NCBI GenBank assembly: GCA_030141605.1
Contig: JAQGDQ010001726.1
Span: 1-27,899, forward strand
From: Tubiluchus corallicola
Lineage: Eukaryota > Animalia > Priapulida
DNA: 27,899 nt
Direction: 5' to 3'
The notes beneath the pieces are model-generated. The model did not search any database. It had not been told where the DNA came from and worked only from the letters and a program-made list of their open reading frames with translations. Of this stretch, positions 10,541-21,470 are shown piece by piece. A program made the position numbers and the translations under genes. Each line of letters starts with the position of its first letter. Within the stretch, counting starts at the first letter, position 1.

Positions 10541-11594
10541 GCGTAAGTGAAAGTAACATTACAGTTTGTTATAATAATGATATTTGTTGTATAACGGTGC
10601 AGATAAAATCAAGTAAGTTGTGTGGAAATAAAACCCATGTTTGCATTACAGTCACAAGTACTTTTCCTTAAGAACTAGTTGATGTTGTTTTAATATTGAA
10701 ATGATTAGTACTTGAACTATCATTTGTAAATCTTGATTTTAGCAGAAATAAATTCACAACGTCCACTGTGAAAACATCGTAATTTTATTGAACACTTGAA
10801 CAACGGCAAATTTATACGTTTCGGAATAGTGATCGTTGTCTTGTAGCAATTGTATTAATATTTGAACTAAACTGCAAATGTACTAAATTTACGATTTCGG
10901 TTTGTTTTGAAATACTTGCAGTAAAATAGTTTTGAAATTAGATTACAATACAGCAGTATAAAACCTTTTTCTATCGATCTTCATTTTACAATCGTTTTAG
11001 TGTCAGAACGTGTGCAATAAGTGTTCTGATTACGCAAAATTATTATCACGCATTCCGTATTGACGCAATATCTATATTTGATCTTAGCCATTATTGTGAT
11101 TAATGTGTATCTTTATCTAGCTCTGTACACTGCAAACCGCGATCCTGCATTCAATGGCAGGACCTAGTTATATATTGGTGGGTTGTGGCAGAGCCGGCTA
11201 AAGAGACACTGAACAAGCAAAAGTGTTGTCAAAGTGGTCACTCAGCCATTTACTAACCCGACCACCGTTGTTTATGTTGGACCGCTAAGTACATTCCGCG
11301 ACCTCTGAGCTGTGTTGCCTCTCTTTGGGGAAGTCTGCTGTAAAGTTTGCGCAAAAGGAGTCTAAAAGCCTAACCTTTGTCGGCTTTGTTAGCTTTATTT
11401 CGTGTCAATATAATGCATAATAAATACGTTTGGTTGCTCTGTAAAAATCTTATCGTTACTTACATATGAAGAAATGTGAATCCTTTGAACTTAGTAAGTT
11501 CGTCTTATCGATCAAATACAGATTAACGCGTTTTAAAACTAGACAAAACTATTGTAAGATTTAGGAAGGTTTAATTTAACCAAATCCTTATATG

Positions 11595-11667
11595 CACTCA
11601 TTCGTTCATTCGGTTCATTCATTCACTCACCTCAATTCACTCACTCTCTCACACACTCGCTCGCTCA
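11595..11667. repeat. Degenerate tetranucleotide microsatellite (TTCA/CTCA/CTCG)n
   Basis: CACTCATTCGTTCATTCGGTTCATTCATTCACTCAC... shows 4-bp periodicity. Confidence 0.65.
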
Positions 11668-14600
11668 AAAAAATTGCAAACAAAAATCATTGATGCCTTT
11701 ATGCTGCATTTAGATTAATATTGTTTAGGGATAATTTAACTTAAAGTCGGAAAACTGGGCTATGAGTTTACGCAGTGTATAATCACCACCTGAAGTATAA
11801 AAGTTTACCTTATGGTAGGTGATGCAGTTGAATTGTAGGCTAGCTCTCTCTTTTGGAACATCCTGTATTACTGACTGTTTATTATCATAATGTGCTGTAT
11901 GATGTACCTTCATCAGGGAATTACTTCTTGTTCTGATTGCTTACCAGACCGTCAACATTGATCATTGCAGTAAATCAGACAAACGTCACGAAAAGCATTA
12001 TTGTAATTAATTATGTGCATGGATCAGGGAAAACCGGCCAAATTAAAATCCATGTCTGGTCTCCAAGGCAGTATGCCTTTTACAATAGAAAGCTAAACCC
12101 AACTGTTACGTTTCGGACCGACGCATCCTCAATTCAATTTGTTTCATAGTGTCTCTGTCAAGTCATCGGGGAAGGGTACGTGTCATTGAAGAATTGTGCA
12201 TGCTGAATTCAATTGTTAACAGGCAAAGCTGTCATTCACACGTCTATAGATTATTGGTAAAACGCGTCGCTCACTTTCATGACAATCATCATGGATGCTC
12301 GAGAGTCTAAATGAGCCTTATTTTATTTACTTTAGTGTGAATTTTGTTCATAAATACTAAAATAAGCACCGCCAATGCTACATTAAGTTGTTGTTACAAT
12401 AATGTTACATTTACATTTGTTGAATTCTTGCTAAGACTTAATAGCGTGGTCAGAACTGTGCCCAAAATCCGTTTAGTAAAATGATATAAACTCTGGAATA
12501 GCAGATGAGAGAGCTTACTTAGAGAATAGTCGCTTTTCCCACAGAAGGGCAAAAATGACAAAGTGAATTCAACTGCAAAATTGGATACTTATAGCGCCCC
12601 ATGCAAGTTAAAACAAATTATATCTCGTAACAAATTATGTTTAGCAAAACATGAAAACCTTTAATCTATGGCTTAAGTCATTTCAAGTAATATATTAACC
12701 AGGTAAGTGCAAATCTGTTGCATCAGATAGCTCTTTGGTAACTAGCCAAAACGGAAATGGGCGCAATGAAGATTCGAGGATATGCAAGTTTCCCAGGTTA
12801 ATTTAAAGTCTAGAACGCAAGCGAAAGCGAAACTAATCACCACACCAGGTTTGATGCAGTATAGATTGTAAGGCGAATTTATGAACGATAGTAAAAATAT
12901 ACTGCATAAAGACATTAACAGATGCTCTGGCAAAAATTGCCACAAATACATATAAGCAACCTGTATTGTTTTTAGCGCACTCCAGTGCTTAATAGAGGCG
13001 CAAAATGAGGCAATTAAATTAAAAATGTTCTCGCAAGACTTGTGAATCCAGTTACTGGCTTCAGTGATACCGCTATAGTAACTGGCGCAAAACCATATTT
13101 ACGGTTAGAAAGACATTTCGAAAGTAGACACTTATACGCAAATTAATCTGATTACCATCAAATCGTCTAGAAATTTTGATTATACTAAAACTATAAAAGG
13201 TTCTCGACATTTTGTGCCGCAGTAAATTCGAACTGCTTGTCTTTCCAGGATGTACGTGTTTTAGCAAAGTAGTTACTTTAAGTAATGATCCACAAAAATT
13301 TCAACAAGAGCTTAGAACAAAGATAAAATAATTAAGGACTAAATCATAATAACAACAGATTTATTGTGCTAGATTTTATGAGACGTGAGTTTCTTGCTGT
13401 ACTTAGATAACTAAATCAGTTTTTTACTGGTTTACACAGTTTTCGTTTGTTTCTTTATTTCAGCGCATCAAACACAGGAATCAATCTGACAAAGGTACTA
13501 AAAGATAGGCTAAACGTTTTATATATCTATTGAGAAGTCATAAAATTGAGCATCGAACCACCACAAAACTAATTTTTTTAAATTACAGGAGATGAGTATT
13601 CTATTTTAATTTTTTAAGTTTAGTAGGGATTTTGTGAAAATATAATTATTCGCGTTTCATAATTCACTTGTAAATTAATTCTGGACAATAGCAGTAGTGG
13701 GACTGACATGACAACTACAACAACAACGATGATAAAGGGTCGTACAGAAAATTGCAGGTTTGATGTTCATCTATACTATACACACATCTTAATGGTGCTC
13801 AAAATTAATTCACATTGATCATGCAAATTAAATGTCTACAATTGAACTTTTATTGCTTCACGTTTGTAGGAAACTCATTTTCTTGACAATAATCTATTTG
13901 CTGGACAATAATTGCTTGTTGTGTTGTAAGAAATTGTGATTACAGCGTCTTGATACATTTGGCAAATTTTACAGAACAGTCACTAAGGTGAGCCACAATT
14001 TGTTAAAAAATTGTAAATGTTGTTCCTTGTCAATCATAATAAAATATTTCGTAAAGGTCTTAAACTCCCGGATCAAAATCGGGATAATAGTCATTCTATG
14101 GAAAACTACCATTCTCAGCAACCACAAAAACCGAAAAGCAGAGCCATTTGGTTATCCCAATTATTTCTCAAAAATGTATTGATTTATTACTACTATTCAT
14201 TATAATTAAGATTGAGCAAAAATGGATATATTAGATGCAGCAAACTGAGTAACAGCAAGTACCTATATTTATCGCACAACTGTAAGCATGTTTAAGCCCG
14301 ACCTAAAATTCAGATTGCAGAGGGCCGAGCACAACTGGTTTTGAATAATGGGCTTGTCGGGAAATCGCACATATATTTCCCGAAGATAAATTTAATTTTA
14401 TGTGAAAATAAAATCCCCCCTAAACTCTCTAGCATTTTTCTAGTTAATGAATTTTTTGCTATAACTACAGTCTTATAACTTGAATGTTAAACTTAGATTA
14501 CCCCTTAGAACAGGTCTGTATGTAGGTAATTCCAGACCATACAAGTATGCATTGCATGAAGCCCACTATTTGGATTAATTTACGAATGAAAACTTTGTAT

Positions 14601-15597
14601 AAGGCCACTCGACATGAGCAACGAAGACGACTCTCTTAGCGTTCACTGGCTAATAGAGCAAGTCCCTCTATATAGGCCTATAGTACTAAATTGTAGTTAA
14701 CATTATATTGCACCTAAATTGAATTTATATTGTGCCTCACAAGGTGATTTTTGTGCTTTAGTGCATTGTGCTACTTGTGATAATTATGCCATTTATGTAA
14801 ATGGTAGTATGTAAGTAAACATTTTTAAACTAACGCTTTATATTTGTGAAATTTGTAATGTGAGAATCACACAATTGTTCTCAAGTTTAAGTGAATAGAA
14901 ATGTTACTTGAATGAAATAATGATGTATTTTATTGTGACCACATTTTAATCAAATCTTGTCTGTTTTTTGTTGTTGGTTTGTGAACTTTTGAAATAGGAA
15001 GTATGAATGACTAAATAAAAATTATTAAACGTTCAAAGCAGTGAGACACAAACAATTAAAGAAATACATATCGAGGTTTACTTTACAAATGGATAATCGC
15101 ATAACCCTATCTTAACGACAATCATAAAAACATTTCTGACGGTTTCAGTCCTGTTACAAATAGATAACCAGGTTAATGTTTCACAGGTTTCACCCCTGAG
15201 CTTTATTAACATAAAAATCATATACTATAAGACAAATTTTCGATAGGGCTTAAGTATAGAAGAGCAAGCCAAATAAAACGACATGATGATGACAATGAGA
15301 TGACAAATATTTCTTATGAATGTATGGACGAGATTTGTAAAAAAAACAAAAAAAATGAACAGAGTAGCAGAGATAATACGATATGAACGGCAATCAACAT
15401 TTATTTCAACTATACAGGTTGCTTCACTGAAAGCTTGTATCCAACACTAGTTGCAGGGTCCATTCATTAGGCTGGTGGTGTGGCAGGGGTGGAATCGATC
15501 TCATTATTAATGATAAGTTAAGATACTGAGTTGATGCAGTCACGTTACGACAGACACACAGAATTGTATATTTCTTGACTGAACGAAATAAATAGTT

Positions 15598-15625
15598 TGT
15601 GCGTGCGTGCGTATGCGTGCGTGCG
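15598..15625. repeat. (TGCG)n microsatellite
   Basis: TGTGCGTGCGTGCGTATGCGTGCGTGCG. Confidence 0.8.
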
Positions 15626-16506
15626 AGCAGTCGTGAAGTCAAACTTGTTCATCTTATATCATTGTAATTCTTAATTTAGTTGAACAGATATTCGTAAATA
15701 CCAATTGAAAATGTTCTTCGGGTATCGCAGCGTATTTTCCTTGCGGTAATTGATCAGAGAATGCGATAATGAGAATAATAGAGATAGTAATAAAAAATTT
15801 TCAGTAGAGACAGTAATAAAAAAGTCAAACATAATTTACAATGTACCCAAATTAGATCAACGCTTGTACCATTTACATCTAATTCCCCAGGTGGCAAAAT
15901 TTACGTATTAACCAGTCCCACATTTTGTTTAATGTATTTTTGTATACGTTGCTCAATGCTCAGCCATCGTTGGATTGCACTTGTTTGTTCACTTTTAATA
16001 TTAACGTCTTGATTGCTATCGAAATTCTTAGTAGATTACTAAATTACTGTTTGTAGCAAGTAGGTTTACAGTTGTTGTACCCTCGTTCGAAATATTATTC
16101 GCTTCAAATTTCAGGATGAAAATGTGGAAAGTCTTGTATCCATGAAGACATGAAGGCAACCTAAAAGAAGGTAAGGTGTGCTTAGGGAGGTGAAATCAGT
16201 CGTAGCATAAACAATGCTCAGTGTGTATTGAGCATATTATTTAGAGGGGATTGTAAGTTTGAAATCGATTCATATATATAAGGTCAAATTATTTTTACAG
16301 TAAAATCTTTATTTACGCTACCAAAACTTAAACAAATTTATTCCTTAATATGAGCTACACATGTAACAAACAGAATCAGGTCACCAGATTACAGAGTATG
16401 TATAATGCAGTACCACCTATTGTATAATGTATACTGTATAGGCATATAGAGTTCATGAACTGCTAAAGGATACTTCCTTTTATTATAAAGTTTTGATCGT
16501 ATCAGA

Positions 16507-16650
16507 ATGTCTGGACAGATTATTAGATTACTATCCGCAACAAGCATATTTGTAGTTGTCATTAGTCTCACTCTAAATAGTATTCTGCATACAACTGTCT
16601 ATCACTTGGAGGATAAAATACCAGATAGTAATTTTCCCATGGAAAACCAG
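16507..16650 (+). CDS. Possible first coding exon of an unidentified signal-anchor/type II membrane protein gene
   Basis: An acceptor-like TATCAG| lies just before ATG 16507. The N-terminus is hydrophobic (IIRLLSATSIFVVVISLTLNSIL) and a donor-like CAG|GTATAC sits at 16651. There is an upstream exon-like block at 16115-16170 (TTTCAG| ... AAG|GTAAGG). No family motif was recognised. Confidence 0.25.
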
Positions 16651-16898
16651 GTATACCTCGAGCTTTATCAAAAACCTGAAAGAAGGAAAACTGTGTTTAT
16701 GGAGCTGAAATCTGTAATTACGTAAACAAGCTTAGTTTCTAGTGTGTGCGCGTGTTTACGTGTGTACATGTGCATTATGACAATGACAAAAATGTAATGC
16801 TGCTGCTGCTAATGAACTTGCTTCATAGGTGAAAACGCAATGTGTAATTTTGAAATACAAATTTATGGTAATATTATATGTACCACACATTTGATTAT

Positions 16899-16971
16899 TG
16901 TGTGTGTGTGTGTGTGCGTGCGCGCTCGCGCGTGTGTGTGTGTGGGCGTGCGTGCGCGCACGTGTGTGTGT
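16899..16971. repeat. Compound (TG)n/(CG)n alternating purine-pyrimidine microsatellite
   Basis: TGTGTG...GCGTGCGCGCTCGCGCGTGTG...GCGCGCACGTGTGTGTG. Confidence 0.9.
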
Positions 16972-17378
16972 AATGAATTAATTGATTTACTTTGTGGAAT
17001 GAATTAATTGATTTTAATCGGAAAAAACTGAGTTGGTCGAAGAAATTTTCCATCTTCATGTTGTGTGTAACGAAGAGGACAAATAATATTTGTAAGCTAT
17101 TGATACTTGATACTAACAGCTTTGATACTGCCGCGATTACCAAATATGCATTGGTTTAGTATTGGCAAACTGTTGTGATAATGTTGTGATATGTGATCAG
17201 GACTGGTTTTACTAGATGCTGCGAACCTCATAGTTTAAACTATGCTGTAGCATAGGTTACTGTTTCTGGATTTATTCCGCAGAAAAATAAAATCTACGAT
17301 ACCAAATTTATTTTCAATGCTTTCTTTTTTCTTGCACACTAATTCGCAGGCTTAGATATCAATAACTGATTGAGGAAC

Positions 17379-17610
17379 AGACGCTGGATGCGAGACGCTC
17401 AAAAAATAGGAAAACGTCCCAGCGTCTGATCCTTGGTTTCATTTCCAATTGACAATATATACGTTCTTTCTTGTTCCTAGACGCTGGACGCTTTATTGTA
17501 TCATAGACTTAACTTAACTGCCTAGTGAATGCTAGACGCTGGACGTAAGAAGCCAGCTGCCAGCCGCCAGCCTGGAATCTGGATCTGGAAGCGAGACGTC
17601 AGACGCTGGA
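17379..17610. repeat. Cluster of dispersed AGACGCTGGA 10-mers
   Basis: Exact copies at 17379, 17479, 17534 and 17601, an inverted near-copy (CCAGCGTCTG) at 17419 and a partial AGACGCT at 17393. Confidence 0.85.
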
Positions 17611-17954
17611 TGCTTTTGTGTGTCGTGGTTTTTGCAACACATCAGACAACGAATATATAAACAAACATTGATTAAAAGCCACAGAGCAAGAAAATGGAAA
17701 TTTTGTAGAATTTCCGCCATCAATGCAAAACGAAAATGAATCTTGTGAACGAAGCGAATCTAACTACGATAACAATGATACAGAATTTTTAAATTTTGTG
17801 ACTGTGAGCAGGGAAATAACGCGATGGCAATCGAAGTTCAAGTGCAAACACTCAATTTTCGCAGCAGATTTAGAAGTTGGGTGGTGACAGATTAGATAAG
17901 TTTCACGGTGGGGTGGATTTGGCAGGCTTGGTGGGCGTTGCAGTGGTGCAGTTT

Positions 17955-18790
17955 TGCGATTGCGATTGCGATACTCGACTCTCTCCACCTATCCGAGGCG
18001 GGCACCTTTATAGGGTGCAAAGTCTCTTCTTCTTTAACGCTGATCTTTTATTTGTCTTTTCCAAGTTTAATGTCTTTATTTGTCTTTATCCTGTATTCCA
18101 TACATTCGTTCACTAGATTTCTAATTTCTAGCAATCCTTCCTTTTCACTGTTCATTAATACTTCTGAGTTCAAAATTTTTTTCCATTCTCCATATCTGTA
18201 ACATCTAAGCATATGTTCAGTAGTGTCATCATCTTCCTCACACACTGGGCATAATAACTGATCCTTAAACTCATTCTTGTAGTTCCCCTTAACTTTAATC
18301 ATATTCAGTCTTATTTTCAATATATCTTTAACCTCTTCTGGCTTGCATGTGTCTATGTAATTTTGTCGTTTCCACTCGGTATGCCTTAAAAATCTTAATT
18401 TAGTGCTGCTCCTGCATTTTTCTGCACATTCGCTCTTTATACAACGTTCAATCTTATTCTTTATTTCTTTCTTCCATTCAGACTTTTTCATGACCTTCAC
18501 CCTTTCTTTATTAGCATCTATGGTATATATTTTTGCAGTCTCAAATACTTCATTATACCATGACCTTTTGTGTATACTGTTTATTTGCATTTCGAGTATC
18601 TCTGATGCTAATCTCTTTGGTTTACTAATCAATAAATTCCGATAGAACATCAATCTCCTATAGTTTACTTTATGTTTTAGAGGCCATATGCCTATTTCAG
18701 TTACTAATCCCCAGTATGGCGTTGATTCACTAAGGTTAAATAATGTTTTTAAAGCATTTGCTTGAATCATTTCTAATTTCTTCCAATCAG
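17955..18790 (-). mobile_element. 5'-truncated non-LTR retrotransposon (LINE): ORF2 C-terminus, 3' UTR and tail
   Basis: Open frame (T)DWKKLEMIQANALK..TPYWGLVTEIGIWP..RRLMFY.. ending in the CCHC finger CPVCEEDDDTTEHMLRC. Downstream are a GCACC/GGTGC stem-loop and an (ATCGCA)3 tail. Confidence 0.85.
18048..18770 (-). CDS. LINE ORF2 C-terminal fragment (post-RT region plus zinc finger), uninterrupted 240 aa
   Basis: From the ORF track; contains a Cx2Cx8Hx3C finger. It lacks the RT core and endonuclease because of the 5' truncation. Confidence 0.75.
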   Translation of the reverse strand: MIQANALKTLFNLSESTPYWGLVTEIGIWPLKHKVNYRRLMFYRNLLISKPKRLASEILEMQINSIHKRSWYNEVFETAKIYTIDANKERVKVMKKSEWKKEIKNKIERCIKSECAEKCRSSTKLRFLRHTEWKRQNYIDTCKPEEVKDILKIRLNMIKVKGNYKNEFKDQLLCPVCEEDDDTTEHMLRCYRYGEWKKILNSEVLMNSEKEGLLEIRNLVNECMEYRIKTNKDIKLGKDK

Positions 18791-19037
18791 TGATGAACGT
18801 GAATGTGAGTCACTTAAAGGAAGAGTGCCTGGGTGCCATGTAAGCTCTTTGTGTGTATGTGGCATGCTGATGCATTACAAATTTTCCAACATTTCATGAA
18901 CATCTACCTAACTACTGCGTACCGCTCTTCATACTCAGACATGGGTGGGAACTAGCGCCAAGTCACTCTTATCTTGTTGCTTTTGAGCGCTTCGCCACAC
19001 ATCTGTCTCCACCACAATCAGTTAAAGGGAGCAGGGG

Positions 19038-19095
19038 AATGAGAATGAGGAGGAGGAGGAGGTGAAGGAGGAGGAGATGAAGGAGGAGGAGAGAG
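19038..19095 (+). repeat. (GAG)n-rich purine tract
   Basis: GAGGAGGAGGAGGAGGTGAAGGAGGAGGAGATGAAGGAGGAGGAG; reads as poly-Glu in one frame. Confidence 0.8.
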
Positions 19096-19657
19096 TTCAT
19101 GCTTATTACAATCACCTTGTTGATTGGCAGAAGATGGGCGGATTCCTTGGAATCTGATTATTTAGAATGTAGTGAGGACGATACTCAGATTTAGACTGAT
19201 CACAATTCAAAAGATAACTTTTCAAGACAGAATTAGAGGGCGATTTTGGAATTGGCTTTCTAGTGAAAATTGCTGGGACATTTCGGAGTGACCTGTCACC
19301 TGGGGGCTAAGTATTTTATAAAAGATCCATAGAAGTCAAATCAATACTCAAAAATAATTAGCCAAACAATGGCAACGAATCTGACATTGTTGACCCAATT
19401 TTGGTACATATGTTATATATAATCCAGTTCCCCTTGTATAACATACATTGTTTACGTGCGCATTACATATAAATTGCCGAAGGATACCGGCTTCATCACT
19501 TTTTTATCCAATTTATTAATGTGTTAATTGCTATCCATAACAAGCATGTTTACAGTTGCTGTAAATACCATTAACTTCTGTTCAGTGTGTGTTATATATT
19601 TATGACGCTAACAAGAATGATGTTGCTGGTAAAATCTGTCAGCAGTGCTGCTAACGC

Positions 19658-19724
19658 TGATGATAGTCTGGATGATAATGATCACGATGACGATGACGTC
19701 GATGACGGTAACGATGATAACGAT
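19658..19724. repeat. Degenerate (GAT/GAC) trinucleotide repeat
   Basis: GATAATGATCACGATGACGATGACGTCGATGACGGTAACGATGATAACGAT. Confidence 0.65.
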
Positions 19725-20052
19725 TCAGGGACTTATAGAATTTAAAGTCAATTTATACATAACACGTTTGGCAGTAAAATGTTTATTTATGACACAAAAA
19801 ACTCCAAAAATGAGTCATATTTATAAAATTTAGATGTTCATAATGCACCACACATTATCAATCCACAAGGTTAAAAGAGTTGTGGCTGTACATATAACTG
19901 AGTGCCAGCTATTGAACAATATATTTCGAATACGTTTCTTATAATTACTAAACAATAATTGTTCACTTTTTATGATGTTTTCATTGATATCCTTATAGCA
20001 TAACAAATTGCTGTTTGAAAGTTGCCGGAAATATTTAACTCTTTATTAGATT

Positions 20053-21247
20053 ACCCTGATCCTGTATTTCCTCTAGGGGAATCAAAGAGGGGCATGCTGC
20101 GTTAGTTTTACATCTCATAACAGAAGGGAGCTAGTATGATAGTCACTAAATGTATGGATGCAGATCGGCCTAAGGCTAATGTTAAAAATACGGGGGACTA
20201 TGGCCTATTTGCATTCTATACACTAATGGATTGAAGAAAGAAAAAGATCAAATGGCAGACATTAAAATAATTAATCAAACAATTTAATCATTAACAAATT
20301 CCAAAGTGATTCGATTTAAGCAAAAGTTCAGTAATAACAAAGATATAGCAATATTGACAAAGCTTGGGGTTAGTAGGGTATATACGTTTGCATAAAGTTC
20401 ATGTCTGCCCACTTTGTACCTAGGTTTTTTGAAACACCTTTCCTTTAAAGCGAACAGTTTGTAGAACGGTAGCAATACGTCGTATAACCTCTGCGTCTGA
20501 ATACAGTTGCGATTCCAAACTTCGTCAGAGAAACTACCAATTAGTCTTTACCCAGCAAGTAGCATCGAAGAACATTAGGCTAGTATACGTGATGTTTACG
20601 TTATCAGTGCGACGTTAGTTACGATCGTAACAAAAGCGAAAAGTACCTGTTACCACCCTGGATGTGGTTCTGTAGTAGGTCGATCCATTTGTCAGTCAGT
20701 GGTTAACTCCACTACTGCAGACTGCAGGCCAGCATCTCTGGGACAACTCTGGTTGACGAACACGTGTTACACCAACTAGGCTCTCACAGTATCACCATGT
20801 ACATTACACACCATATCTTGTGTGAAACGTTCTAGTACGGCATTTCTCTTCAACAAAATATAACTTCACAGAGACGAGTAAACGACCTGTCTCGTTCTGT
20901 GTCAAGTTGCCGTCTATATCTAAACAGTGTTAAACGAAGTTCGTCGAGAAGCCACTCGCTTAAACAGCTATAATTTTATTCACCTGTACACTATCGTTAA
21001 CCTTGACTTAGCCACTGCATTACAGCCGCGATAGGGCAGACAAGAGTGGGTCAGACGGAATTCAAAAGGGGGTTTGTTAGTAGGTGCCTACATCCTAACA
21101 AAATATCAATAATTAATAATACAATTAACTATCACTGCCAGTAGCTAGATATCATACATATCAACTAATTAAATATACGGTATGAATAGGGCTTAATGTT
21201 GCATAAGCATAATGTGAGAACTATTAAATGTAGGGCGAAACATGACA
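20053..21247 (-). repeat. 3' LTR (outer 7 bp not matching the other LTR)
   Basis: Colinear with 26700-27894 (offset 6647, no indels, 6 mismatches by manual count). It begins TGTCATG on the minus strand just after the PPT. Confidence 0.95.
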
Positions 21248-21250
21248 GAG

Positions 21251-21261
21251 TCCCCCTCTCC
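21251..21261 (-). other. Polypurine tract
   Basis: GGAGAGGGGGA, 3 nt upstream of the 3' LTR. Confidence 0.85.
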
Positions 21262-21470
21262 AAAAAGTGTGTGATGGACTAAAAAAGGACGTCACCACTT
21301 TAAATCTATATGCAACATTGAAGTGAAAAAGAAATTGTGATAACCTTTCTCTGGCAAAAAAAATATATCAAAAAAAAGTTCGGTCCATATTACAGATCAC
21401 TTTGCTTAAAAGTTTCCAAGGTTCTCAAAAGAAACATATGCTATTCTATCTAAAAAAGTGATAAAATTAT

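Larger units (their letters stand above)
17880..19005 (+). pseudogene. Decayed P2X7-ballast/nanor-like Cys-rich ORF (possible Kolobok accessory gene), split by the LINE insertion
   Basis: Across frameshifts the motif order is DRL..VD..GRC | EECLxCH, CITNFPTF, AYR, G..RQV, LLSCCF*ALR. This resembles WCxCGxC..ECxCC..CITxHxxF..AYR..G..R..PSCxxWxIR. Several frameshifts and a deletion must be assumed. Confidence 0.4.

Noticed and set aside
11177-11215. tRNA/SINE-like A box (TGGCAGAGCCGGCTAA)
   Set aside because: No B box or cloverleaf follows.
12100-12135. Penelope-like hammerhead remnant (minus TTGAGGA...GGTCCGAAAC); also CTGATGA near 11911-11917
   Set aside because: The core is mutated or lacks its partner motif, and there is no Penelope ORF nearby.
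17379-17610. CRISPR-like array
   Set aside because: Repeats are only 10 bp, spacing is irregular, one copy is inverted, the context is eukaryotic and there are no cas genes.
20284-20475. 63-aa ORF duplicated at 26931..27122
   Set aside because: It is duplicated only because it lies in the LTR. It has a non-ATG start and no recognisable domain.
20500-20530. CTGACGA (hammerhead core-like) in the LTR on the minus strand
   Set aside because: It is followed by a possible stem but then GTAT rather than the required GAAA.
21262-21470. Possible env or extra ORF between pol and the 3' LTR
   Set aside because: Only ~200 bp, A/T-rich, with no ORF.
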